A stretch of 64,000 nt of DNA from Candidatus Cloacimonadota bacterium (GTDB taxonomy: Bacteria; Cloacimonadota; Cloacimonadia; Cloacimonadales; TCS61). Shown one piece after another: positions 48,009 through 56,408 of the stretch (within the stretch, counting starts at the first letter, position 1; each line of letters starts with the position of its first letter). The notes beneath the pieces were generated by a model. That model ran no database searches. It saw only the letters and a program-made list of their open reading frames with translations, and was not told the DNA's origin. A program made the position numbers and the translations under genes. The stretch is taken from positions 1,823 through 65,822 of the forward strand of contig JAIPJH010000001.1 of NCBI GenBank assembly GCA_021734245.1, in the 5' to 3' direction.

Positions 48009-48196
48009 AAATAAAGAAAATTCTTAAATTTGACTATCACCGTGGCAGAGCCAAGGTGTATTTCGCTAAATTTATTTCAGCAAGCTGAAAATCGAATTTT
48101 CATTATTTACCCCTCTCCGGCAACTGCCGTATCTCCCCTCAAACAGGGGAGAAAATTTGGAAAACCCCGATGCAGAGCAGCGAGGAATTCTTTCGA
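48009..48196. promoter_or_regulatory. second copy of the T9SS-cargo upstream block, split by a repeat-containing insertion of about 130 bp
   Basis: 48009..48038 matches 26305..26335 and 48169..48196 matches 26336..26366. The insert includes the hairpin TCTCCCCT-CAAAC-AGGGGAGA (48133..48152). Confidence 0.55.
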
Positions 48197-49264
48197 TTAA
48201 ATATCAAATTTTAAATCCTGCGAGTATGCTCCACAGGATTCGATTATTATCTGCTTCTCTTCTATTATCTCGCCTACCACTTGAGATTTTATCTGCAAAT
48301 GTTCAAGAACTTTTTTTGTGTCTTGGGGAGAAACAACAATCATCATGCCATTTCCCATATTCCAGGTTCTGTAGGCTTCATCTTCTGCAACTTCTCCCAT
48401 TTTCTGGATGGCTTTCACCATTTCGGAAGGTTCGATCAAATTATCGAAATATGCTCCCAGGCCTGTTGCTTTTAAAATTCTATTGAAATTCCCGGGAATG
48501 CCACCGCCGGTAATATGAGCAATTCCTTTGATCTTGATTTTTCGTTCTTCTCCAAAGCGACCGAGAATTTCCAGAAGTTGGCCGGAATAAATGGTGGAAG
48601 GTTCAAGTAATGCTTCTCCCCAACTTATTCCAAAAGGAGATTTTTGCAGATAAGCATCTTTACCAAGTTTGTTTTCAATAATATATCTTACCAGGGAAAA
48701 ACCGTTGGAACGAAAACCTTTTTCCTGGAGAGCTATGATCTTATCTCCAACCTTAATGTCTTTACCGGTAATAACTTTATCTTTTTCCAGAATTCCAACT
48801 GCTGTTGCATTCCACACGTTGCCATTTACCGATTTTCCCACTTCGGCAATCTCACCACCCGGAATAATTATCTTCTGTTGCTGGCAAGCCTTTGCCAATC
48901 CACTCATCAATTCTTCCACAATTTTCGCATCGACTTTATTTGTATCCAGCGTGTTTGTGATGGAAATCGTTTCAGCGCCCAGGCAAACTGCGTCGTCGGC
49001 AACCATAGCCAGCAGATCAAAACCCATCGTATCATACTTACCTATTTTCTCAGCGATCTCCATCTTGGTTCCAACTCCGTCATCGCCCTGAACCAGATAA
49101 AAATCTCCCATATCGATGAGTCCGGCAAAAGAGCCATCTTCCACTAACGGTTCACCGATCATTCCTTTGCGGGAAGCAAATGTAGATTTGGCAAAAGCAT
49201 AAGCAATTTTGGAAGCAGCGTCACCAGCTTTTATGTCAACTCCGGCTTTTTTATAGTTAATCAT
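48197..49264 (-). CDS. purM: phosphoribosylformylglycinamidine cyclo-ligase (AIR synthase)
   Basis: 355 aa, reading YKKAGVDIKAGD...DGVGTK...HITGGG. Confidence 0.92.
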   Translation of the reverse strand: MINYKKAGVDIKAGDAASKIAYAFAKSTFASRKGMIGEPLVEDGSFAGLIDMGDFYLVQGDDGVGTKMEIAEKIGKYDTMGFDLLAMVADDAVCLGAETISITNTLDTNKVDAKIVEELMSGLAKACQQQKIIIPGGEIAEVGKSVNGNVWNATAVGILEKDKVITGKDIKVGDKIIALQEKGFRSNGFSLVRYIIENKLGKDAYLQKSPFGISWGEALLEPSTIYSGQLLEILGRFGEERKIKIKGIAHITGGGIPGNFNRILKATGLGAYFDNLIEPSEMVKAIQKMGEVAEDEAYRTWNMGNGMMIVVSPQDTKKVLEHLQIKSQVVGEIIEEKQIIIESCGAYSQDLKFDI

Positions 49265-49313
49265 TAAAACTCCAATCTTAAATCAAACCTCTCTGCGAAA
49301 CTTCGTTTCTCTT

Positions 49314-49336
49314 CTCCCCTTACAAAGGGAGCTTTT
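49314..49336. repeat. isolated CTCCCCTT-ACAA-AGGGAG hairpin followed by a plus-strand T-run
   Basis: Same hairpin type as the first module of family R2. Lies between guaB and purM. Confidence 0.55.
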
Positions 49337-50836
49337 TCAATTTTCAATCTTAACGTCTTCGCTGCTTTCATTTGATTCGGCACTTAAATAGATATCGTGG
49401 GCTTTGCCTTCTCGAATAGAAAGTGCAGAAACCAGTTCCAGAACTGCTTTCTCATGGAATTCTTGTAGATTTGCAGCTCCACAGGTTCCCATTGATGATT
49501 TTATTTTGGAAAGAGTTTCATCCAGATTATCTCGCAGGTGTCCGGCATATTCCACCAAACCTTCCACGCCTTCCACAAATTTGGATTGGTTATAGCGTTT
49601 ATCCTTCCAATCTCTGGCCCGGGCAGAGCCTTCGCCCCAATACGGTTTCATCACGCGATTATTCACAACAATTTTCTCGGTGGGCGATTCTTCCATCCTG
49701 GCAAAATACCTTCCCATCATCACATAATCTGCTCCCAAAGCCAGAGCGATTGTGATGTCTTTTGTACTCGTAACGCCACCATCTGCGATCACAGGAATGT
49801 ATTTTCCGGTTTCTTTAAAAAAGTCATCTCGAGCTTTCACAACATCCACAATAGTAGTTGCCAACCCGCGTCCTGTTCCTTTCTGTTCCTGAGTTATGCA
49901 GATCGAACCGCCACCCATTCCAACTTTGATCGCTGCCGCTCCAGCATCCACTAAATAACCAAATCCAGCTTGTGTGATCACATTGCCGGCAATTATCGGA
50001 ATTTGTGGATATCTGTTCTTAATCCAATCTATAGTTTCTTTTTGATAAACTGTGAATCCATCAGAAGAATCGATCGCAATCACATCGACTTCAGCTTCCA
50101 CCAATTCAGGAACTCGCTCTTCATAATCGTGAGTATTGATGGAGGCAACTGACAGCAGGCGTTTCTTTTCATCATGAACTTCCAGAGGATTGTTAAGATG
50201 ATCATTAATGTCTTTTCGGAAAACAAGATAAAGCAGTCTTCCATCTTCATCCAGAATGGGAAGAACAGATTTATGACTTTCCAATAAAATATTATTCGCT
50301 TCTTTCAGATCGGAAATATTGATACCAACTTCAATGTTTTCTTTTGTAATCATCCTGTCAGCAATTTTGTAATTGGAATGAAGAGAAATATCATAATCCC
50401 ATTTGGAAATAAGACCCAGGAATTTATCGTCTCCATCTACCACAGGAAAAGTAGAATGCCCGGTAGATTTGCGAATGTGATACATTTCCTCAATAGTCAT
50501 ATCAGGCTTCACAGCTTTTGGTTTTACAAACCCTGCTTTATGATTTTTGATTTTCCTGATCATGTCTGCTTGAGATTGAACGGTTTGAGAACTGTAGATA
50601 AAAGCAGCTCCACCCAATTTTGCCAGCTCAATTCCCATTTTTGCCCCGGATACAGATTGCATGGCTGCTGAAACCAGGGGAATATTTAAATAGAATTTCT
50701 TTTCATTATTTTTGGAATATACCAGCGGAGTTCGCAATGAAATGTTATCTGGTGCAGTTTGCGCGGTACTGAGCCCCGGAAGCAAGCGATATTCCATCAA
50801 AGTTCGGGATGGCTCATTTATGATCTTCTTTGCCAT
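49337..50836 (-). CDS. guaB: IMP dehydrogenase (with CBS pair)
   Basis: 499 aa with the catalytic loop GMGGGSICITQEQKGTGRG and N-terminus ...MEYRLLPG.... By memory it resembles the Borrelia/Tritrichomonas-type IMPDH subgroup. Confidence 0.88.
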   Translation of the reverse strand: MAKKIINEPSRTLMEYRLLPGLSTAQTAPDNISLRTPLVYSKNNEKKFYLNIPLVSAAMQSVSGAKMGIELAKLGGAAFIYSSQTVQSQADMIRKIKNHKAGFVKPKAVKPDMTIEEMYHIRKSTGHSTFPVVDGDDKFLGLISKWDYDISLHSNYKIADRMITKENIEVGINISDLKEANNILLESHKSVLPILDEDGRLLYLVFRKDINDHLNNPLEVHDEKKRLLSVASINTHDYEERVPELVEAEVDVIAIDSSDGFTVYQKETIDWIKNRYPQIPIIAGNVITQAGFGYLVDAGAAAIKVGMGGGSICITQEQKGTGRGLATTIVDVVKARDDFFKETGKYIPVIADGGVTSTKDITIALALGADYVMMGRYFARMEESPTEKIVVNNRVMKPYWGEGSARARDWKDKRYNQSKFVEGVEGLVEYAGHLRDNLDETLSKIKSSMGTCGAANLQEFHEKAVLELVSALSIREGKAHDIYLSAESNESSEDVKIEN

Positions 50837-50850
50837 TCACTCTCCTAATT

Positions 50851-51309
50851 TTACTTTTTGATCTTCACTTCGTCGATCAAATATTTCTTCTCACAATATA
50901 AACATCTAACCTGAGAAGTCTGGTCATCTGTCAATTTGAATTTGGAAATAATTGGTTCTGAATTTGTTATACATTTTGGATTCGGACAATTAATAATATC
51001 TTCGATGTGTTCGGGCAATTGTAAATGTGCTTTCTTGGCGACTTCAAAATCTTTGATTATAATAAGAGTAGCTTCAGGTGCAATAAGAGCAATACTGTTA
51101 ACTTCAAATTCGGAAAGTTCTTTGTTTTCAATCTTTACAATATCCTTTCTACCGATCTTATTGCTGAAAAGATTCATGCCAACCATCACGACTTCGTTGC
51201 CTTCCAGATGAAGAATATCCAACACTTTTCTGATCTTACCGGCTGTGATGTGGTCAATAACTGTTCCATTTTTAATTGCGTTAACTTTGATCTGTTTAAC
51301 CTGACTCAT
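50851..51309 (-). CDS. pyrI: aspartate carbamoyltransferase regulatory subunit
   Basis: 152 aa with IKNGTVIDHI and a C-terminal zinc motif (CPNPKCITN...CLYCEK). Confidence 0.9.
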   Translation of the reverse strand: MSQVKQIKVNAIKNGTVIDHITAGKIRKVLDILHLEGNEVVMVGMNLFSNKIGRKDIVKIENKELSEFEVNSIALIAPEATLIIIKDFEVAKKAHLQLPEHIEDIINCPNPKCITNSEPIISKFKLTDDQTSQVRCLYCEKKYLIDEVKIKK

Positions 51310-51310
51310 T

Positions 51311-52213
51311 TTATACCTCCCCGAGAAGCATAGATATTATCGCCTGACGCGTAAATACTCCATTTTTTGCTTGCGGGAAATAATAGGCAAACTTGGTGTT
51401 ATCAACATCTTTATTAATTTCATCGACCCTTGGCAGAGGATGCATAACTTTGAAATTCTCTTTTACGTCGGATAGCATAGATTTTTCTAAAATGTAAGAG
51501 CCTTTTACTTTTTCATAATCTTCGGGATCGGCAAATCTTTCTTTCTGGATGCGTGTAACATAAAGAATATCAAGATCGCTGATATTTCCATCCATATCTT
51601 TATATTCTTTGAATTTTATACCTGAATTTTTCAAATCGTCTTTAATATATTGCGGCATTTGCAAAAATGATGGTGAAAAAAACTTGAAATTTGCACCAAA
51701 CATAGCCATCGCCTGAGCCAGAGAGTGAACGGTTCTACCGAAGCGAAGATCTCCAGCTAAACCTATTGATAAATTTTCTAATGAACCTTGTGTTTTGATG
51801 ATGGAATAAAGATCTAATAAAGCTTGCGTGGGATGCTGATTCGCACCGTCACCAGCATTCACAACTGGAATATCTACAACTTCTGAAGCATAACGCGCTG
51901 AGCCTTCGATCGGGCTACGCATAATGATAATATCGGAATATTGGGCAATAGTTTGAAGTGTATCAGCAAAACTTTCACCCTTTTTGGCTGAAGTATTTTT
52001 GGTACCGCTCATAATGATAGTGTCGCCGTTCATTCTTTTCATAGCTGTATCGAACGAGAACATCGTTCTGGTCGATGGTTCAAAGAATAATAGCGCAGCC
52101 AGTTTTCTCTGCATATCGGGAACGATATCGCCATTCTCGATCTTGGCAGCCACTTCCATTAGATGCATTATCTCTTTAGTTGTCAAATCTCGCATTGAGA
52201 TCAAATTTTTCAT
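51311..52213 (-). CDS. pyrB: aspartate carbamoyltransferase catalytic subunit
   Basis: Motifs STRTMFSF, HPTQ and HPLPRV. The start is set at the ATG (52213) after AAGGAG. The 37 extra N-terminal codons in the track are translated repeat sequence. Confidence 0.9.
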   Translation of the reverse strand: MKNLISMRDLTTKEIMHLMEVAAKIENGDIVPDMQRKLAALLFFEPSTRTMFSFDTAMKRMNGDTIIMSGTKNTSAKKGESFADTLQTIAQYSDIIIMRSPIEGSARYASEVVDIPVVNAGDGANQHPTQALLDLYSIIKTQGSLENLSIGLAGDLRFGRTVHSLAQAMAMFGANFKFFSPSFLQMPQYIKDDLKNSGIKFKEYKDMDGNISDLDILYVTRIQKERFADPEDYEKVKGSYILEKSMLSDVKENFKVMHPLPRVDEINKDVDNTKFAYYFPQAKNGVFTRQAIISMLLGEV

Positions 52214-52246
52214 AGCTTCTCCTTTTTTATTTTTTTGAACCTTGAA

Positions 52247-52369
52247 AAGGTTTATAAGACTATTCTTTCGACTAAACCTTTTCAATGGTTCTAACTCATT
52301 TTCAACCTTGAAAAGAACTGACACAAAAGAATTCCTCCAATTGAAGTCTTTTCAAGGTTTCATTCTTTC
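52247..52369. repeat. two tandem CCTTGAAAAG-type hairpins (family R3), copy b
   Basis: GAACCTTGAAAAGGTTT...AAACCTTTTCAATGGTTC and AACCTTGAAAAGAACT...GAAGTCTTTTCAAGGTT. The pyrEF stop codon lies in the last arm. Confidence 0.75.
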
Positions 52370-53725
52370 TTCATACGCTTTCCAGGCTCTTTCGCGATAA
52401 AGTTTTGCTTCAGCTTGCGGATCATCGGCTTTTAAGATTCCGCGACCAACAATGATGCAGTCTGCTCCACCTTCCACTGCCTGCTCGATGGTAATGTATT
52501 GCTGTCCCATGGCATCGGAACCGGCTTCTTTTTTTACTCCCGGCATCATCAGAACTTCACTTCCAGGAAACTTTGCTTTGAAACGTTTAATATCTTCTAC
52601 CGAATTTCCATGCCCGATGAAACCTGCCACCCATTGCGGGTTCTTCTTGGCAGCTTCAAAACATTTGCGAGTGTAAGTTTCGTTCAAAAGATTTCCTTTG
52701 CTGCTCATTCGTGCCAGAACAAATCCGGCATGTCCTTCGATTCCTTCAAATAACCCTTTCAGGATCATTTCACCCGCAACCATGTGAACTGTTACATATT
52801 CCGTCCAATCTGCTATTTTGTAAACTCCATTGCGGAACTGATGACGAACTGTGTTGCCAATATCAGCAAATTTGCGATCTTCAAAGATCAAAAAGTTCTG
52901 ACATTTGGAGTATTCCTGCAGTTTGGGAACGAAATTCTCATCATAATCATCGATGATATCCACATGCGTTTTCAGCATCACTATTTCTTCACCAACTTTA
53001 TCCAGCATTTCGAAAAATTCTGCTTGAGTAGTTACATCCAATGAAAGAACGAGATTAGATTTCTTTTCCTGCATTTTGTTCAGAAGCTTTTGTGTGAGCG
53101 GATTGATGTATTTTTCTTTTTTAGAAGGTTTGTTTAATGATGCCGTGAATTCTTCCACTTCCTTCACTTTTTCATCTGTTATCAAACCTTTGCTTTGCAG
53201 CAGTTCCACAATTTCAGCCAGAGAAATCAGGCTGTGGAGATTGTAACCTTGCTTTGCCAGTTCTGCTATGCCGTTAGCACTGCGGTCGATAACAACCACA
53301 AAATCTTTTACTATGACGCCTTCTTTTTCATAACCTTCCGCTGTTTCGATCTTGCTGGCTCCGGTCGTGATCAGATCATCTATTACTAGACATTTTGCAC
53401 CTTTTTCAAATTTTCCGATCACATTGTTGCCGGTTCCATAGGCTTTTTCTTCTTTGCGCATGTAGATCAGCGGCTTATTCAGCTTGGAAGCAACAAGTGA
53501 TGCAATCGGTAAAGCTGTGTAGGGAATTCCTGTGATTACATCAAAATCCATATCTTTGATCTTTTCCACCAGCAGATCAGCCACGCCATCCAGAATTGCG
53601 GGAAAGCTGATCATATCACGCAAATCGAAATAAAACGGTGAGACAAGCCCGCTCTTCAAAGTGAAGCTGCCGAACTTGATCGCTCCGATCTTTTCCAGTT
53701 CCAGAACAAATTGTTCTTTGGTCAT
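52352..53725 (-). CDS. pyrEF: bifunctional orotate phosphoribosyltransferase / OMP decarboxylase (UMP-synthase-like fusion)
   Basis: The N-terminal half is OPRTase (FGSFTLKSGLVSPFYFDLR, VIDDLITTGAS). The C-terminal half is ODCase, with KTHVDIIDDY...FLIFEDRKFADIGNTV closely paralleling animal UMPS. Confidence 0.88.
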   Translation of the reverse strand: MTKEQFVLELEKIGAIKFGSFTLKSGLVSPFYFDLRDMISFPAILDGVADLLVEKIKDMDFDVITGIPYTALPIASLVASKLNKPLIYMRKEEKAYGTGNNVIGKFEKGAKCLVIDDLITTGASKIETAEGYEKEGVIVKDFVVVIDRSANGIAELAKQGYNLHSLISLAEIVELLQSKGLITDEKVKEVEEFTASLNKPSKKEKYINPLTQKLLNKMQEKKSNLVLSLDVTTQAEFFEMLDKVGEEIVMLKTHVDIIDDYDENFVPKLQEYSKCQNFLIFEDRKFADIGNTVRHQFRNGVYKIADWTEYVTVHMVAGEMILKGLFEGIEGHAGFVLARMSSKGNLLNETYTRKCFEAAKKNPQWVAGFIGHGNSVEDIKRFKAKFPGSEVLMMPGVKKEAGSDAMGQQYITIEQAVEGGADCIIVGRGILKADDPQAEAKLYRERAWKAYEERMKP

Positions 53726-53840
53726 TATAAATTACTCCTCTGTCCCGGCGTAGTTTAATGAAGCCGGATAATTTTTTTAGCAACGAACAAAACAAACAAA
53801 GACGAAATCATTTTCGATTTTATATTCCGATATGATTTCA

Positions 53841-53910
53841 GTCCCCCTTCATAAGGGGGAACAAAATTTATCCCGTGGAATCCTGTGGATATTCCACAGG
53901 GAGGGGGTTT
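53841..53910. repeat. partial family R2 repeat, copy c, inverted relative to copies a and b
   Basis: GTCCCCCTT-CATA-AGGGGGA, then CCGTGGAATCCTGTGGATATTCCACAGGGAGGGGGTTT. Confidence 0.8.
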
Positions 53911-53936
53911 CTCATTTAATTTAATTTTCATAAATC

Positions 53937-55256
53937 TCATCGAACCCCTCTGTTCTGAACAAATTCATAATTTGTGCAGAACATCTCCCCTTCAAAGGGG
54001 AGCTTAACTTTCCCACCAACAAAACAAATCTTGATTTCACAACCTGCTTTCATTCCTTCAAACGGTGAATACTTTGCTTTTGTCTGGAATTTTTCAGCTT
54101 CTATCTTCCAATTTTTATCAGGATCGATCACGATCAGATCGGCAATATTTCCAACTTGAATCTCTCCTCGTTTTTCGATGTTAAAAATTTCTGCAGCATT
54201 TCCACTGATCAACTGCGAATATCTTTTTAATGAAATGTGACCTTTATTTACTAACCAGAAAGTCATCGGAATTGCAGTTTCCAAACCGGGAAAACCGGAT
54301 GGAGCATTGGAATATTCTTGCTTCTTTTCTTCCAGTGAATGTGGTGCGTGATCTGTTCCCAGACAATCAACGGTTCCATCTTTGATAGCAACTAACAATG
54401 CTAGGTTATCTTCTTTTGTCCGTAATGGCGGATTTATCTTACCAAAATTATCCACCTGCTTTAAAATTGTTTCATTCAATATCAAATGATGCGGAGTTAC
54501 TTCGCAGAAAATGTTATCGTTTAATTGCTTTGCTTTGCGGATCAACTCGATTTCTTCTTTTGTAGAAACATGGCAGATATATAGTTTATTACCAATTTCT
54601 TCTGCCAGCTTCAGCACCAGTTTAGTTCCTGCGATTGAGGCTTCTCGATTACGAAGTTCATTGTGATTCAGGATTGTTTTATCAGAAATCTTTTTTTGCC
54701 ATTTATCTAAAAAGGACTGCATTTCGGAATGAACCAACACAACTTTTTCAAATTCTTTTGCAAGCTGGAAAATTTCCTCTAATTTGGCAGGATCTTCTAC
54801 AACTACATTGGAACTGGAACCAGCCAGAAAAACTTTTATCCCAGCCACGTCATCAAAATTGGATTTCAATATTTCTTTCATTTCTTCTAAATTATGTGAT
54901 GCAGCACCCAAATGGAATTTGTAGTTAATATGAGATTTTTTTGCTGCTTTTCTTTTTGCCGCCAATCCTTTCAAATCAATTGTTGCCGGTTTAGTATTCG
55001 GCATATCCATTATTGTTGTAATTCCACCGGCAATTGCCGCTTTCGATGCAGTTTCCCAGGTTTCCTTGTAAGCCATTTCCATGTCGCGAACATGAACATG
55101 CGGATCGATCATACCAGGGAGAACAAACAAATTAGAACAATCGATCATTTTATCGTGTTCAGGATTTTCTGCTCCGAAGTATGATATCAATTCATCTTCG
55201 ATCAGGATGTTCCTGATTCCTGCTGGTGTTCGGCAATTAGTTAGGAGTGTTTTCAT
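53937..55256 (-). CDS. pyrC: dihydroorotase
   Basis: 439 aa with the DPHVHVRD metal-binding motif and amidohydrolase fold. Confidence 0.9.
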   Translation of the reverse strand: MKTLLTNCRTPAGIRNILIEDELISYFGAENPEHDKMIDCSNLFVLPGMIDPHVHVRDMEMAYKETWETASKAAIAGGITTIMDMPNTKPATIDLKGLAAKRKAAKKSHINYKFHLGAASHNLEEMKEILKSNFDDVAGIKVFLAGSSSNVVVEDPAKLEEIFQLAKEFEKVVLVHSEMQSFLDKWQKKISDKTILNHNELRNREASIAGTKLVLKLAEEIGNKLYICHVSTKEEIELIRKAKQLNDNIFCEVTPHHLILNETILKQVDNFGKINPPLRTKEDNLALLVAIKDGTVDCLGTDHAPHSLEEKKQEYSNAPSGFPGLETAIPMTFWLVNKGHISLKRYSQLISGNAAEIFNIEKRGEIQVGNIADLIVIDPDKNWKIEAEKFQTKAKYSPFEGMKAGCEIKICFVGGKVKLPFEGEMFCTNYEFVQNRGVR

Positions 55257-55297
55257 AATTTATATTTGATCCCTGAAAAGAATATCAAGAATGTAAG

Positions 55298-55551
55298 TCT
55301 CCCTTCGTAAGGGAGAATAAAAGAGGGTTTGCACAAAGAAAAAAAAATACTTAATAATCTTTCAAAACCCCTCTGCCTTCGGCATCTCCCCTTCCAAAAG
55401 GGAGCTTTTTGTTTGTTTATTCTTGTTCCTAAACTCCATATGGTAATACCATTTCCAACCATTGCGAAGGTCGAAAAAAGCAAGAAGTTCGAAAACCATG
55501 CGCAAGGTTTCACACACCCCACGGCTAAAGCCGCACCCCTCTCAAGAGGGG
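55298..55551. repeat. hairpin-saturated spacer (degenerate R2 modules and related CCCCT/AGGGG hairpins)
   Basis: TCTCCCTT-CGTA-AGGGAGA; AGAGGGTTTG...CAAAACCCCTCT; CTCCCCTT-CCAA-AAGGGAG plus a T-run; CCCCTCT-CA-AGAGGGG (55536..55551). This is the source of spurious ORF 55253..55567. Confidence 0.7.
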
Positions 55552-55563
55552 AATTTTCACGTC

Positions 55564-56346
55564 TCAAAATTCTATCCTTTTACCGGTTGCATCTCGGTGA
55601 TATTTGCCAAATTCCGTGAGTTGTTCTACAAGTTTCTTGGGTAAAACCGGCCCTTCCACACAAAGTCGTATTCCGATTGGATCGATCGTACAATTCCCGC
55701 AAATTCCAATGGCGCATTTCATATATCTTTCGAATAAAAATTCATACTCCAGATCTTTCAAAAGTGGCTGCAGAGCTTTCATCATCATTTCCGGACCAGC
55801 AGCATAAACATGATCGAATTTCTGCTTTTCCATCGCTTTTTCCGCCAGATCGACCGAAGTTCCTTCCCTACCTAAACATCCAAGTTGGGTAATATTTTGA
55901 TATTCCACACCTAATTCTCTGAATTTATTACAAAAAACCAGATCTTCTTTAGATTTTGCACCATTTACAACAGTTACTTTTGCGCCATTTTGCAGAAGCT
56001 CTTTTGCCAGAAAATACAGTGGTGGTGTGCCATAACCACCTCCAACAAGTAAAACATTTCCATCTGATACAAAAAAAGAGGACCCAAAAGGCCCTCTTAC
56101 AGAAACGTAGTCGCCTACTTGCTTCTGGAAGAGTCGAGTCGTAAATTCTCCAATCCGTTTAACTGTTATCATAAACTCGTTTGAAGTACAATCTGCAATG
56201 GAAAATGGTTTTTCTCCACCTTCAAAATCGGTGAGCATAATAAACTGTCCCGGTTTGGCTGTCAGATCATGTGCAAAAACAAATGATTTTATATCTTCTG
56301 CTTCGTCAATTATCCTCGCAATTTTGATCGTTGATCTTTTATTCAT
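55564..56346 (-). CDS. pyrK: dihydroorotate dehydrogenase (class 1B) electron-transfer subunit
   Basis: 260 aa. FAD/NAD-binding ferredoxin-reductase fold and a C-terminal 2Fe-2S Cys cluster (CAIGICGNC...C). Confidence 0.85.
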   Translation of the reverse strand: MNKRSTIKIARIIDEAEDIKSFVFAHDLTAKPGQFIMLTDFEGGEKPFSIADCTSNEFMITVKRIGEFTTRLFQKQVGDYVSVRGPFGSSFFVSDGNVLLVGGGYGTPPLYFLAKELLQNGAKVTVVNGAKSKEDLVFCNKFRELGVEYQNITQLGCLGREGTSVDLAEKAMEKQKFDHVYAAGPEMMMKALQPLLKDLEYEFLFERYMKCAIGICGNCTIDPIGIRLCVEGPVLPKKLVEQLTEFGKYHRDATGKRIEF

Positions 56347-56408
56347 TTATCCCTCGATTTCTCAGGAATGGTAAATTCAAAATTATATATGTTAAATTAT
56401 TTTTCATT

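Noticed and set aside
52214-52324. A 37-codon N-terminal extension of pyrB in the ORF track (MSVLFKVENELEPLKRF...).
   Set aside because: The extension is encoded by the CCTTGAAAAG hairpin repeats. A good AAGGAG site precedes the internal ATG at 52213, which gives a normal-length PyrB.
31208-55551. The possibility that the recurring short GC-rich repeats form a CRISPR array.
   Set aside because: The copies are tens of kb apart, lie in different spacers between genes, occur in both orientations, and lack regular repeat-spacer periodicity. No cas genes are present.
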